A stretch of 62,958 bases of DNA. Origin: Pseudomonadota bacterium. Its GTDB lineage: Bacteria > Desulfobacterota > QYQD01. Below the pieces are notes generated by a model. The model did not search any database. It saw only the letters and a list, made by a program, of their open reading frames with translations, and was not told the origin of the DNA. Positions 18,173 to 26,965 of the stretch are shown here, one piece after another (the first letter of the stretch is position 1; each line of letters begins with the position of its first letter). The stretch is taken from positions 1-62,958 of the forward strand of contig DSAQ01000150.1 of NCBI GenBank assembly GCA_011046395.1. Direction: 5' to 3'. Both the position numbers and the translations under genes were made by a program.

Positions 18173-20712
18173 TCCACCTCCACGATCTTCAAACTCTCGA
18201 TGCCCCGGTCATCCACAATCTTGACGGCGATGCGCCGGTGCTCACCCGCCGCAAAGGGCAGCGACACCGTGCCGCGGTAGGCTTCGATCAAACCCTCGTC
18301 GATCTCGGCCTTGAGGTTATTCGCCAGCTTTGCCCAGCCCTCCTTCTCCCCGGCCTGAGGGAAGAAGACTTGGCGCGGATACAGGCTGCGCCCATCGTAG
18401 TCGGTGTCCAGCAGCCAGACGGCGATCTGTCCCGGGCCGCCTGATTCGACGCCGCCGGTCTTGGTGTTGTAATAGTCGAAACCCTCGACGCTGACCCGCC
18501 ACTTGCCCTTGTCTTCGCCTTTGGCAATGCGCTCCAGCCGCACATCCGGCTGGCCGATGAGCCAGAAGGATTCGTTGCTGGCGCGCTTTTTCTTCAGGTC
18601 GTCGGTCAGGAGATCGGCGTTCATCTGCGCCTTGAGCAGGGTCACGCCCGGCCAGTTGGTCTCGTCAATGTCCTTGGCCGCTTCCGGGTCGAACTGAAAG
18701 GCGACAAAGACGATCAGCTTGGGCTTGGGCACGAGGGTTTGCGCCTCCTCGATAGCCTGGGCCACCTGGCGCTGTTCCAGCGGGGCATGCTCCGGGCCGA
18801 AGGAAACGACAATGCGCTGGGGAGCATAGGCTGTGCCTGCCTCGCGCACCCGGTCTGCGCCCTCGGCGCTGGGGCGGGTTTCGCCGTCGGCGTGCAGCCA
18901 GCGCGTGCCGGGAAGCGGTTCCAGCCGGGCGAAGCGGATATGCTGGCCCGCCTTGCCGCGAATCCCGGCCCGCAGTAGTTCGTCGCGCCATTCGCCCTGA
19001 CGCAAGGTCTCGCCGGAGCGGGCGATGGAGGCGTCGGCGACTTGCGGCGCCCCTTCCAGCAGTTCCTCCACCGACTTGACCGCCGGGGCGGGCACGGCCT
19101 CGACCGTGAACGGGCCGCTGACGCGGTGTTTCTTGCGATCCACCAGCGGCTGGTCGTAGAGCGTCTCCGTGGCTGGCGGCTCGTTGTTGGCAATGGATTT
19201 GAGGGTGACGTGCGGCACGGTCTTGTATTTGAAGCCGCTGCCCACGCCTTCCTGCGGGTGGGCCAGCTCGTAGTAGTCGAAGACGGCGGTCATCAGCCGC
19301 TGTTTGGCCAGCGTGAGCGCCACGCGCGAGGTGTCGCAGGTGATCCAGCGCCGCCCCCACTGCTCGGCAACATAGGCGGTGGTGCCGCTGCCACAGGTGG
19401 GGTCGAAGACCAGGTCGCCCGGGTCGGTACTCATCAGGAGGCAGCGTTGTATAACGAATTCCGACGTTTCAACTATGAAAATTCGTTTCATGGGGCCTGA
19501 TGTATCAACCCAAAAATTTGTTAATTTTTGGTAAGGAAAATCTCTATTGTATAATTTGTAAGAAAGGGTTTTTCCCTCTAACTTTATTCTATCTAACTGA
19601 ATCAACCTTTCCAGTTTTTCTTTTGAGACAATCCATGATTGTCCTTTGCTTAATGCGAATTCTTTTCCTTTATAAGTAACAGAATAATCAAGTTCAGGAG
19701 AGTAACCTGGTGCTCGTAAAGAAACTAACCGATACCACTCTTTTTCTTCCGAATCGTATACCCATCTGGATTTTCCATCAGGCATATAATCTTGATAAAG
19801 ATTTCGATATTTAAGCATTTCTATGTTTTTTGAATAAGAAATAAGATAATCATTCATGCTATCTAAATATTTTGCACCAAGAGGCATTGTCTTTTTTCTA
19901 AATGGAATCAAACTGACAAAGTTCCACACCCCAAACACCTCATCCATCAACTCGCGCACGTGATGCACATTCTCGTCGCTGATCTGGACGAAGACGCTGC
20001 CGCTCTCGGTGAGCAGTTCGCGGGCCAGCAGCAGGCGGTCGCGCAGGTAGGTCAGGTAGGAGTGGATGCCCAGTTCCCAGGTGTCGCGGAAGGCGCGGAT
20101 CTGCTCCGGCTCGGCGGTCAGGTCCTCGTCCTTGCCGTCCTTGACGTCGCGCTTGTTCACGAAGGGCTGGAAGTTCGAGCCATACTTGATGCCATAAGGC
20201 GGGTCGATGTAGATCATTTGCACCTTGCCCGCCATGCCTTCCTTTTCCAGCAGGGAGTTCATCACCAGCAGACTGTCGCCCGCTATCAGGCGGTTGCTCC
20301 ACCCGTGGGGGTGCCGGTAGAACTCGACCGCCTCCCTCAGGGGCGGGTTCTCTTTCGGCGTGGCGAAGAGGGGAAGCTGTTGTTCCGCACCGCTGCCGTT
20401 GCGCTTGCGCACCGCCTCGATGATGGTGCGCGGGTCAATGCGCTCGTGGACGTGGAGCGAGACGGTGGGCACCTCGAAGGAGGTGTTCTCGGCCTTGCCC
20501 GCCCATTGCAACTGAGGGTCCAAGTGAGGGTCGTAGGCGTAGGTCTTCCGCTGCCCGGCGTCCGGGTCGGTGTCGGGCGTCACCAGGCCGACGGGCGGGT
20601 TGTTGACCCGTTTTTTGTCGGTGTGCTCGTAAGACGCAATCGGGCGTTTAGGATCGGCCTTCTTTTTCCTTACCATAGCTTCCTGCCTCATCAAAGATAG
20701 TTTATTATCCAA
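18169..20712 (-). CDS. mod: Type III-like N6-adenine DNA methyltransferase Mod (beta class) with long C-terminal extension
   Basis: 'IYIDPPYGIKYGSNF' (motif IV) precedes 'VFDPTCGSGTT' (motif I), which is the beta-class order. 847 aa. The track start is TTG at 20712. An ATG at 20676 (MVRKKK..., AGGA RBS) is more likely. Confidence 0.85.
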   Translation of the reverse strand: MDNKLSLMRQEAMVRKKKADPKRPIASYEHTDKKRVNNPPVGLVTPDTDPDAGQRKTYAYDPHLDPQLQWAGKAENTSFEVPTVSLHVHERIDPRTIIEAVRKRNGSGAEQQLPLFATPKENPPLREAVEFYRHPHGWSNRLIAGDSLLVMNSLLEKEGMAGKVQMIYIDPPYGIKYGSNFQPFVNKRDVKDGKDEDLTAEPEQIRAFRDTWELGIHSYLTYLRDRLLLARELLTESGSVFVQISDENVHHVRELMDEVFGVWNFVSLIPFRKKTMPLGAKYLDSMNDYLISYSKNIEMLKYRNLYQDYMPDGKSRWVYDSEEKEWYRLVSLRAPGYSPELDYSVTYKGKEFALSKGQSWIVSKEKLERLIQLDRIKLEGKTLSYKLYNRDFPYQKLTNFWVDTSGPMKRIFIVETSEFVIQRCLLMSTDPGDLVFDPTCGSGTTAYVAEQWGRRWITCDTSRVALTLAKQRLMTAVFDYYELAHPQEGVGSGFKYKTVPHVTLKSIANNEPPATETLYDQPLVDRKKHRVSGPFTVEAVPAPAVKSVEELLEGAPQVADASIARSGETLRQGEWRDELLRAGIRGKAGQHIRFARLEPLPGTRWLHADGETRPSAEGADRVREAGTAYAPQRIVVSFGPEHAPLEQRQVAQAIEEAQTLVPKPKLIVFVAFQFDPEAAKDIDETNWPGVTLLKAQMNADLLTDDLKKKRASNESFWLIGQPDVRLERIAKGEDKGKWRVSVEGFDYYNTKTGGVESGGPGQIAVWLLDTDYDGRSLYPRQVFFPQAGEKEGWAKLANNLKAEIDEGLIEAYRGTVSLPFAAGEHRRIAVKIVDDRGIESLKIVEVD

Positions 20713-21829
20713 CTGTGCCCCTTATGGACGGACTTCTCCCGGCTGGCTTTCGCGTAGCCTTCGCCTTCTTCTTGCTCTTTGGGGGCGTCCCTGGTTTCTT
20801 GCGCCGCGTCTCCAGCATCTTTGCGGAGGTCCGCAGGTCTTCCACGTACCGCGCCTCGGCCTGGGCTTCCGCTTCCAGCCGCCGCCTTTCTGCGAAGGCG
20901 TCGTATTGTCCCTGCGCCCATTCGAGCGCCTCGTCACGGCTGACCGTGCCGGGTCCGAAGAGCACGGGCAATTCGGTGTCGCGCAGGAACTTATCGAGAA
21001 ACCCTTCCCAGTCGCGCATACGAATATCCTGCCGCCGCTGGGCGCGGAACTCGGCTTGGTCGAGGAACATCACGGTGATCCGGTTGAGCGTGTCGATCTC
21101 CTTGGCGTCAAGATAGTTCTTCGCCGTTCCCACGTCGCGCTTGAGCACTCGGCCGCCCTTCCATGAAGTAAGTCCCATGTTGGCCTCGCCCGCGTCGGCC
21201 CGCCGGCAGACGATCTCCGCCGCCGTCATACCCGCAGCGGCGTAGTGCATCTTGTTCTGCATGGTCGCGAAGAAGACCTGCGTTTCTTCTTCCCCCTCCC
21301 GGTAGTCGCGGGCCAGCGCGAAGATCTCGCGAATCCGCTGATAGACCCGCGCCTCGCTGGCGCGAATTTCGCGGATGCGGGCAAGCAGTTCGTCGAAATA
21401 ATCCACCAGCCCTTTGCCGCCCTTGAGCCGCTCATCGTCCAGAGTAAATCCCTTGACGATATACTCCCGCAAGCGGGCCGTGGCCCACTGGCGGAACCGG
21501 GTGGCGACGGCGGATTTGACCCGGTAGCCGACCGCGATGATCATGTCTAAGTTGTAGTAATCGAGCAGCCGCCGAACCGTGCGTGGCCCCTCCGGGCGAA
21601 CTGTCAAGTATTTCTTGACGGTTGCCTCCGGGGCCAGTTCGCCTTCCTCAAAAATGTTTTGTATGTGAAGGCTTATGTTCTGCTTGGTGGTCTCATAAAG
21701 CTCGGCCATCAGGTTTTGCGTCAGCCAGACGGTCTCATCCTGAAGTCGCACCTCAAGCCGGGTCTCGCCGGAATCGGATTGATAAATCAGTATCTTGGTA
21801 TCATCCGGAATGGGTAGGTTTTCGGTCAT
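20705..21829 (-). CDS. rhuM: RhuM-family protein (R-M-associated 'guest' gene)
   Basis: 'IYQSDSGETRLEVRLQDETVWLTQNLMAELYETTKQNISLHIQNIFEEGEL' and 'VGYRVKSAVATRFRQWATARLREYIVKGFTLDDERLK' match the RhuM family as I remember it. The ATG overlaps the hsdM stop (ATGA). Confidence 0.8.
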   Translation of the reverse strand: MTENLPIPDDTKILIYQSDSGETRLEVRLQDETVWLTQNLMAELYETTKQNISLHIQNIFEEGELAPEATVKKYLTVRPEGPRTVRRLLDYYNLDMIIAVGYRVKSAVATRFRQWATARLREYIVKGFTLDDERLKGGKGLVDYFDELLARIREIRASEARVYQRIREIFALARDYREGEEETQVFFATMQNKMHYAAAGMTAAEIVCRRADAGEANMGLTSWKGGRVLKRDVGTAKNYLDAKEIDTLNRITVMFLDQAEFRAQRRQDIRMRDWEGFLDKFLRDTELPVLFGPGTVSRDEALEWAQGQYDAFAERRRLEAEAQAEARYVEDLRTSAKMLETRRKKPGTPPKSKKKAKATRKPAGRSPSIRGTVG

Positions 21830-23838
21830 TCCGTCACCTCCGCGAGCATGTCGGCGATTTCCTTCTCGATCTTTTTGAGATCGGCTTCAATCTCGTCCAG
21901 CGGTCTCGGCGGCGTGTACCTGTAAAAATACCGGTTAAATTTGATCTCATACCCGACCTTGGTTTTGGACTCGTCCACCCAGGCATCGGGCACGTGTGGT
22001 AGGACTTCCCGCTTCATGTACTCGTCCACGTCTTCTTTGAGCGGGACGTTCTCGAAGTCGCGCAGTTCGGGATCGGCTTCCGGGTTGCCCTTGGCGTCGG
22101 TGCACACGTCGGCCGTCTCGTCACGCTCGGCCAGGGCCATGAGGATCGTCTTAAACAAAGCGGAGGTAATCTTGAGGCCCGACTTCTTGAACGCCGCCTG
22201 CACCATCTCCGAGAACTGGTCGCGGTTCTTGACGATGCCCTTACCGGCAAGCGGCAGCAGGGCGGCCACGATGTCTTCTTGCTGCTTGCGGCCCTCTTCG
22301 ATCTCGGCCTGCGCGGCCTTTGTATCCTTTCGCTTCTTGCTGGCGGCGAGATTGGCGAAGGCCGTGGTTTCCTTGAGGCGGTTAATTCGAGGCTGGTCCA
22401 CCGCGAAGTTAAGCCGCAGGGGACGTTCCACGGTGATGCGGCGATAGCCGAAGTCCTCGTTATCGAAAATGCGGACATGATCCGCGTCTTTCAAATTCCC
22501 ATAGAGCCGGGTAATCTCGTCGCGCTGGTCATCGCAGACCTCGTTCCGCTTATTGCCGAGGGACTTGCGCATCTTTTTGAAGAAGGACGTTCCATCCACC
22601 AGTTGAATCTTGCCCTTGCGGCCCGGCTTCTTCCGGTTGGTGACGATCCAGAGGTAGGTGTAGATTCCGGTGTTGTAGAAGAGCTGGTCCGGTAGGGCGA
22701 CAATGGCCTCCAGCCAATCGTTTTCGATGATCCAGCGGCGGATTTCGCTCTCTCCCGACCCGGCCGCACCGGTGAACAGCGGCGAACCGTTGAAGACGAT
22801 TCCAAGTCGGGTGCCGCCCTCCTTCGGGTCCTTCATCTTGCTGATCATGTGCATGATAAAGAGAAGGGAGCCGTCATTGATGCGAGGCAGTCCCGCGCCG
22901 AAACGTCCTCCAAAACCCTGTTCTTCATGTTCGCGTGTGATGAAGTCGGCTTCCGGCTTCCACTCCACACCGAAGGGCGGATTGGCCAGCATGTAATCGA
23001 ACTTGTGACGAGGAAACCGGCCGTCGGTAAAGCTGTCGCCAAAGGCGATGTGCTCGATGTCCTGTCCCTTGATCATCATGTCCGAACCGCAGATGGCGTA
23101 AGCCTGGGCGTTGTAGTCCTGGCCGAAAACCTCCAGGCGGGCGTCGGGGTTGAGCTCGCGCACGTAGTCCTCGGCCACGGAGAGCATACCGCCCGTTCCG
23201 CAGGCCGGGTCATAGAGGGTCTTCACGATTCCCTTGGTGGTAAGGATGTCGCCATCCGGCATAAAGAGGAGGTTCACCATCAGGCGAATGACCTCACGGG
23301 GGGTGAAGTGATCTCCGGCCTCCTCGTTCGATGCCTCGTTGAATCTCCGGATCAGCTCCTCGAAGATGTAGCCCATCTCGATGTTCGAGACGACGTGCGG
23401 GTGGAGGTCAATATCGCAGAACTTGGACACGACTAGATAGAGCCGGTCGGCCTTGTCGATCTTGGCGATATGTTCCTCGAATCCGAAGTGCTCGATGATC
23501 TCTCGTGCCCGCGTGGAGAATCCCTTGATGTAGTTGGTCAGATTTGCGGCGATGTTGTCCGGATCGCCTTTGAGCTTTTCGAAGGTGTAACGGCTTGTGT
23601 TGTAGAAAGGCACACCTGTGACGCGGCAGAGAATGGAATCGACCTTCTTGACCTTGCCGCCCGAAAGTTTCTTCTGCTGTTCGAGAACCTTGTCTTTGGT
23701 AGGCTCCAGGACGCAGTCGAGGCGGCGAAGAACGGTCAGGGGGAGCATGATGTCCTTGTACTGGTTTGGCCGGTAGGGTCCGCGAATGAGGTCGGCAACC
23801 GACCAAATGAAGCTGACTTTTTCGCCGAAGTTATTCAT
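21826..23838 (-). CDS. hsdM: Type I restriction-modification methyltransferase subunit HsdM (no adjacent hsdS/hsdR)
   Basis: HsdM_N-like 'FIWSVADLIRGPYRPNQYKDIMLPLTVLRRLDCVL', AdoMet motif 'DPACGTGGML', catalytic 'LANPPFGVEW', and a C-terminal 'VGYEIKFNRYFYRY' tail. Confidence 0.9.
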   Translation of the reverse strand: MNNFGEKVSFIWSVADLIRGPYRPNQYKDIMLPLTVLRRLDCVLEPTKDKVLEQQKKLSGGKVKKVDSILCRVTGVPFYNTSRYTFEKLKGDPDNIAANLTNYIKGFSTRAREIIEHFGFEEHIAKIDKADRLYLVVSKFCDIDLHPHVVSNIEMGYIFEELIRRFNEASNEEAGDHFTPREVIRLMVNLLFMPDGDILTTKGIVKTLYDPACGTGGMLSVAEDYVRELNPDARLEVFGQDYNAQAYAICGSDMMIKGQDIEHIAFGDSFTDGRFPRHKFDYMLANPPFGVEWKPEADFITREHEEQGFGGRFGAGLPRINDGSLLFIMHMISKMKDPKEGGTRLGIVFNGSPLFTGAAGSGESEIRRWIIENDWLEAIVALPDQLFYNTGIYTYLWIVTNRKKPGRKGKIQLVDGTSFFKKMRKSLGNKRNEVCDDQRDEITRLYGNLKDADHVRIFDNEDFGYRRITVERPLRLNFAVDQPRINRLKETTAFANLAASKKRKDTKAAQAEIEEGRKQQEDIVAALLPLAGKGIVKNRDQFSEMVQAAFKKSGLKITSALFKTILMALAERDETADVCTDAKGNPEADPELRDFENVPLKEDVDEYMKREVLPHVPDAWVDESKTKVGYEIKFNRYFYRYTPPRPLDEIEADLKKIEKEIADMLAEVTE

Positions 23839-24173
23839 GACTGCTCCTGATCCTGACCCTGGCTCAGGGCCTGCTGCTTGCCGTGACGACGGCGGCGGCG
23901 CAAGCAGTTCGCCTGGATCGGCAGTAAATATTCTATCAATCTACGGTCGTTAGACATTCGTTTCTCGCTATCCCTCATCGTCCTTGGCCCCTTTGTCCCC
24001 TTTATGTCCCCTTTTGTCATCGGGGTGACATGTCCCGTTTGTCGGGTTTTTATCGGGTTGCCGTGAGCCCCCTGAGGGGCTGACTGGCGCATTTGGCGCA
24101 TTTCTGGCGCGATTAAGAAATGTGCTCATTGTCTCCCAATGAGGCGTTTGATGCGTTTGTGATGCGTTTATAT

Positions 24174-25646
24174 TCATGAGTCCTTTGAGTCCTTTGTGAT
24201 GCGTTTCCTCATGAGTATATAATGAGTGCCCTTGCCTGTGATTCCAACTTTCTTCAGAATTTTCTTGGTGAATAGATCGTCGAGATCCCGCGTCGCAGTA
24301 GCCCTCGAAACACCGAATAACTTCTGATATTCGGAGTTGGAGATGCGACCATTTTTCTTAACATGAGTCAGAGCCTGAATCTGCCGCTCATTCAGCTTGT
24401 ACCCGGCCAGCACCTTCGGCGTCAGCCAGTCCCGCCAGACCGTGCTTGTAAACTCTCCGCCTCGTTGAACGAAATCAGGCTCAGGAAGGGCATGGGCAAG
24501 GCTCTCCCGGATCATCATGAGAGTGCCGGTACCGTATTTCTCGATATAGCGGGCGAGAAAGAGAGCCTCGCATATACGGAAGTTGCGGGCTATGGAGCCA
24601 TGGGGCAGGCGCAGACTTTCAGGGGTGAGCGGCGAAACCAGCGTGCCGGGGTTCCATACTTCCACGCGGTCTGCAAAGACGGAAACCTGCACGGCTCCGG
24701 CCGAGGTATAGTCTCGGTGGGCAATGGCGTTGACAATAGCCTCACGGATCACATCAGGTGGTATTTCATAACGAACAGGGGCCTGAGTGCTTTCGGACCG
24801 GGTGCCTACACTTCTATTAAGCTTTGACATGACAAAGTCCACTGCCATATCCACCTGCTCAAAGAGGGTGCCCTTGAAGATGCGGTAAAAGGGGACAGGG
24901 CGTTGAATCTCGGTGCCGTGGAAATGCATACAGCGCACTTCGGAGGCCGGAAGGAAACGCTGAGGGTCCCGGCCAAAAAGGAGTATGGCGGCGTTGCTTG
25001 GATGATCACCACAAAGAAGATGCAGGTGTGCAAGCACATCAGCCACGGGGGTCTTGATCGGAAGCGGAAACTGGCGCTCAAGCCTGGCAAGACGCACAAA
25101 ATCCGTGACGGCTTGCTCGTCCATATCGCCGAGGGTTGCATCTGCGCAGGTTCTTTCTTCGAAGGGACGGTTTTGAATTGTGCCGCACACTTCAAGATAA
25201 TCCACAAGGCTTGAATAGAGTGCCTCGATCAACTCGGAAATACTGCCAAACCTTTTTCGGATAAGCTGTCGGCCGACCTTTGCGATCAGCGCACGCATCT
25301 TTGGATGACGACCGGCATCTTCTTTGCCCTTGACGAAAACAAGACGTACCTTGCCGTGAGCAGTAGCAAGGTCAAACTCGCGCTCTGTAGGGGAGATACT
25401 CTTGGCATCCTCTGATCCATACTCATTTCCAAACAGGCCTACGTATGCATCGCACTCTTCGACCTCTTTCAGATACACATCGTCCGCTTTGCGGTCACTG
25501 GCAGGCAGGTCTTCAAACAGAAATACGTCAAAGAAACGCCGGAGCAAGGGATCATTCTGCACAAACTCCTTGATGGCACGCCGTTCTGCTTGCAGTTCCT
25601 TCTGGACGCTGCTGATGAAGATTCTTTTCCGGTGCGCCGCCATCAC
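24174..25646 (-). CDS. DUF4062-like N-terminal domain fused to an AlbA_2/Schlafen-like, HATPase_c_4-like and wHTH protein
   Basis: N-terminus 'IFISSVQKELQAERRAIKEFV...VFLFEDLPA...AYVGLFGNEYG' resembles DUF4062. The middle 'AILLFGRDPQRFLP...VRCMHFHG' and 'REAIVNAIAHRDY...RNFRICEALFLARYIEKYGTG' resemble the RecG-like 'putative DNA-binding/ATP-binding' family. The C-terminal 'NERQIQALTHVKKNGRISNSEYQKLFGVSRATATRDLDDL' is a wHTH. Confidence 0.65.
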   Translation of the reverse strand: MMAAHRKRIFISSVQKELQAERRAIKEFVQNDPLLRRFFDVFLFEDLPASDRKADDVYLKEVEECDAYVGLFGNEYGSEDAKSISPTEREFDLATAHGKVRLVFVKGKEDAGRHPKMRALIAKVGRQLIRKRFGSISELIEALYSSLVDYLEVCGTIQNRPFEERTCADATLGDMDEQAVTDFVRLARLERQFPLPIKTPVADVLAHLHLLCGDHPSNAAILLFGRDPQRFLPASEVRCMHFHGTEIQRPVPFYRIFKGTLFEQVDMAVDFVMSKLNRSVGTRSESTQAPVRYEIPPDVIREAIVNAIAHRDYTSAGAVQVSVFADRVEVWNPGTLVSPLTPESLRLPHGSIARNFRICEALFLARYIEKYGTGTLMMIRESLAHALPEPDFVQRGGEFTSTVWRDWLTPKVLAGYKLNERQIQALTHVKKNGRISNSEYQKLFGVSRATATRDLDDLFTKKILKKVGITGKGTHYILMRKRITKDSKDS

Positions 25647-25851
25647 GAAAAGCCTCCTTCAAGACGAGCCGCTTGCTGTACTGCATCTGCCGGAATTTGG
25701 TAGAACCTCGCCGCCACGATCCCTGCCTGCGCCGGGGCTCGCGACGCGGCAGGCAGGCTAGTTGTAGGAATCACTGCCTACGAATGCCAACGAAACCAGT
25801 GAGAAGTATATTTAAGCGGACCAGTCCCGTCAAGGACAAAAGCCTTGAGCT

Positions 25852-26946
25852 TTAAATCAGGGCTTCCATAATGGCATCATGGATGAGCGGCCGGAAGGCC
25901 TTTATTTTTTCATTGGTCCGGCTGGGGTGAATACGGTTGGTAAGAAGGATCACAATGATTCCTCCCTCCAGGTCCATCCAGAAGGATACACCGGTAAACC
26001 CAAGGTGGCCGACGCTTTCCCGGGAAAAATACCGGCCGGCGCTCGATCCCTCTTCGGATGGGGTATCAAAGCCCAGCGCCCAGGTGGTCCCACGAGGCGA
26101 CCCCTGCCGCGCCAGAAAAACCGACATTAATTCGTGCCTGAAGAGTCCCGTCTCTGTTTCTCCCCGATAAGCCTTTAATATCATCTTAAGCAGGCCATAT
26201 AACTCTTCCGCCGCGCCAAACAGACCGGCATGACCGCACACCCCGCCCACGGCATAGGCGTTGTCATCATGCACCTCGCCGCACAAGACCTTTTTGCGCC
26301 AGGGGCACTCCTCTGTGGCCGCTATCACCCCGGGCTCAGGTAAGCTGCGGCTATTAAGAGGCCGAAACCCGGTAAAAACCAGGCCGAGGGGCCGGTAAAT
26401 GTTAGACGAGGCAAACTCATCCAGTCCCTGGCCGGAGGCCTTCTCCATTATCCATTCGAGCAGCATGAACCCCAGGTCGCTGTAAAGAGCCGCTTCCCCG
26501 GGGACAGCAGCCAGGGGTTCATCCAGGAGCCACCCGCGTAATATCTTTTTTCGTTCCCCCGGGGGATAAGCCCTTAACCTCTCAAAATAAGGTTGATAGG
26601 CAGGCATACCCGAGGAGTGGGAAAGAAGCTGTCTCAAGGTAATTCCCGCCTTGGGATTATCCTGGCCAAGACCTAAGATACCTCCTATTTTTTGATCGAT
26701 CTCCAACTCACCATTGGCCACCAGGGCCATGATCGCCATGGAGGTAGCCAGGGGTTTGGTAAGGGAGGCCAGGTCAAAAAGCGTATTTGTCGTCATTAAT
26801 TGTCTGGACGGAATAATAGAGGCATGCCCATAGGCGCGATGGGATAAGACCTTCTCCTCAGCCGATATAAGGAGCACGGCGCCCGGGAAAGCGTCTTCTT
26901 CTACGGCCTGATGCATAAGAGTGTCGACTTTTGAAAAGACAGGCAT
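25852..26946 (-). CDS. Serine hydrolase, beta-lactamase class C / PBP4*-like family
   Basis: 'SLTKPL' (SxxK) nucleophile motif, 'YSDLGFMLL', and 'GHLGFTG' near the C-terminus. The track ORF extends to 27261 but that part overlaps ldcA. The Met at 26946 (MPVFSKVDTLMHQAV...) is the likely start. Confidence 0.75.
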   Translation of the reverse strand: MPVFSKVDTLMHQAVEEDAFPGAVLLISAEEKVLSHRAYGHASIIPSRQLMTTNTLFDLASLTKPLATSMAIMALVANGELEIDQKIGGILGLGQDNPKAGITLRQLLSHSSGMPAYQPYFERLRAYPPGERKKILRGWLLDEPLAAVPGEAALYSDLGFMLLEWIMEKASGQGLDEFASSNIYRPLGLVFTGFRPLNSRSLPEPGVIAATEECPWRKKVLCGEVHDDNAYAVGGVCGHAGLFGAAEELYGLLKMILKAYRGETETGLFRHELMSVFLARQGSPRGTTWALGFDTPSEEGSSAGRYFSRESVGHLGFTGVSFWMDLEGGIIVILLTNRIHPSRTNEKIKAFRPLIHDAIMEALI

Positions 26947-26965
26947 GTTAGCTGTTAATGCGGGC

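Larger units (their letters stand above)
13708..25851. other. Compositionally atypical defence island (no integrase or tRNA seen)
   Basis: There is a visibly higher G+C than the flanks, shown by long spurious antisense ORFs such as 16334..18280. All genes are defence-type. The island is bounded by the phosphohexomutase gene on the left and the serine hydrolase/ldcA genes on the right. Confidence 0.7.

Noticed and set aside
16334-18280. A 648-aa plus-strand ORF, along with many 60-230-aa ORFs on both strands between 15.6 and 23.8 kb
   Set aside because: They lie antisense or out of frame to res, mod, rhuM and hsdM, whose motifs are unambiguous. Their translations are Arg/Gly/Ala/Pro-rich and low in complexity, the usual artefact of stop-codon-poor GC-rich DNA.
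23835-24101. 88-aa minus-strand ORF ending in a TGA that overlaps the hsdM ATG
   Set aside because: It spans the tandem-repeat-rich intergenic region. It is highly basic and low in complexity (RRRRRHGKQQ...) and has no RBS at any candidate start. A short leader peptide or regulator cannot be fully excluded.
13708-25851. Prophage or integrative conjugative element
   Set aside because: No integrase, excisionase, transposase, phage structural gene, conjugation gene or flanking tRNA was seen. The only repeat pair brackets just the fic module.
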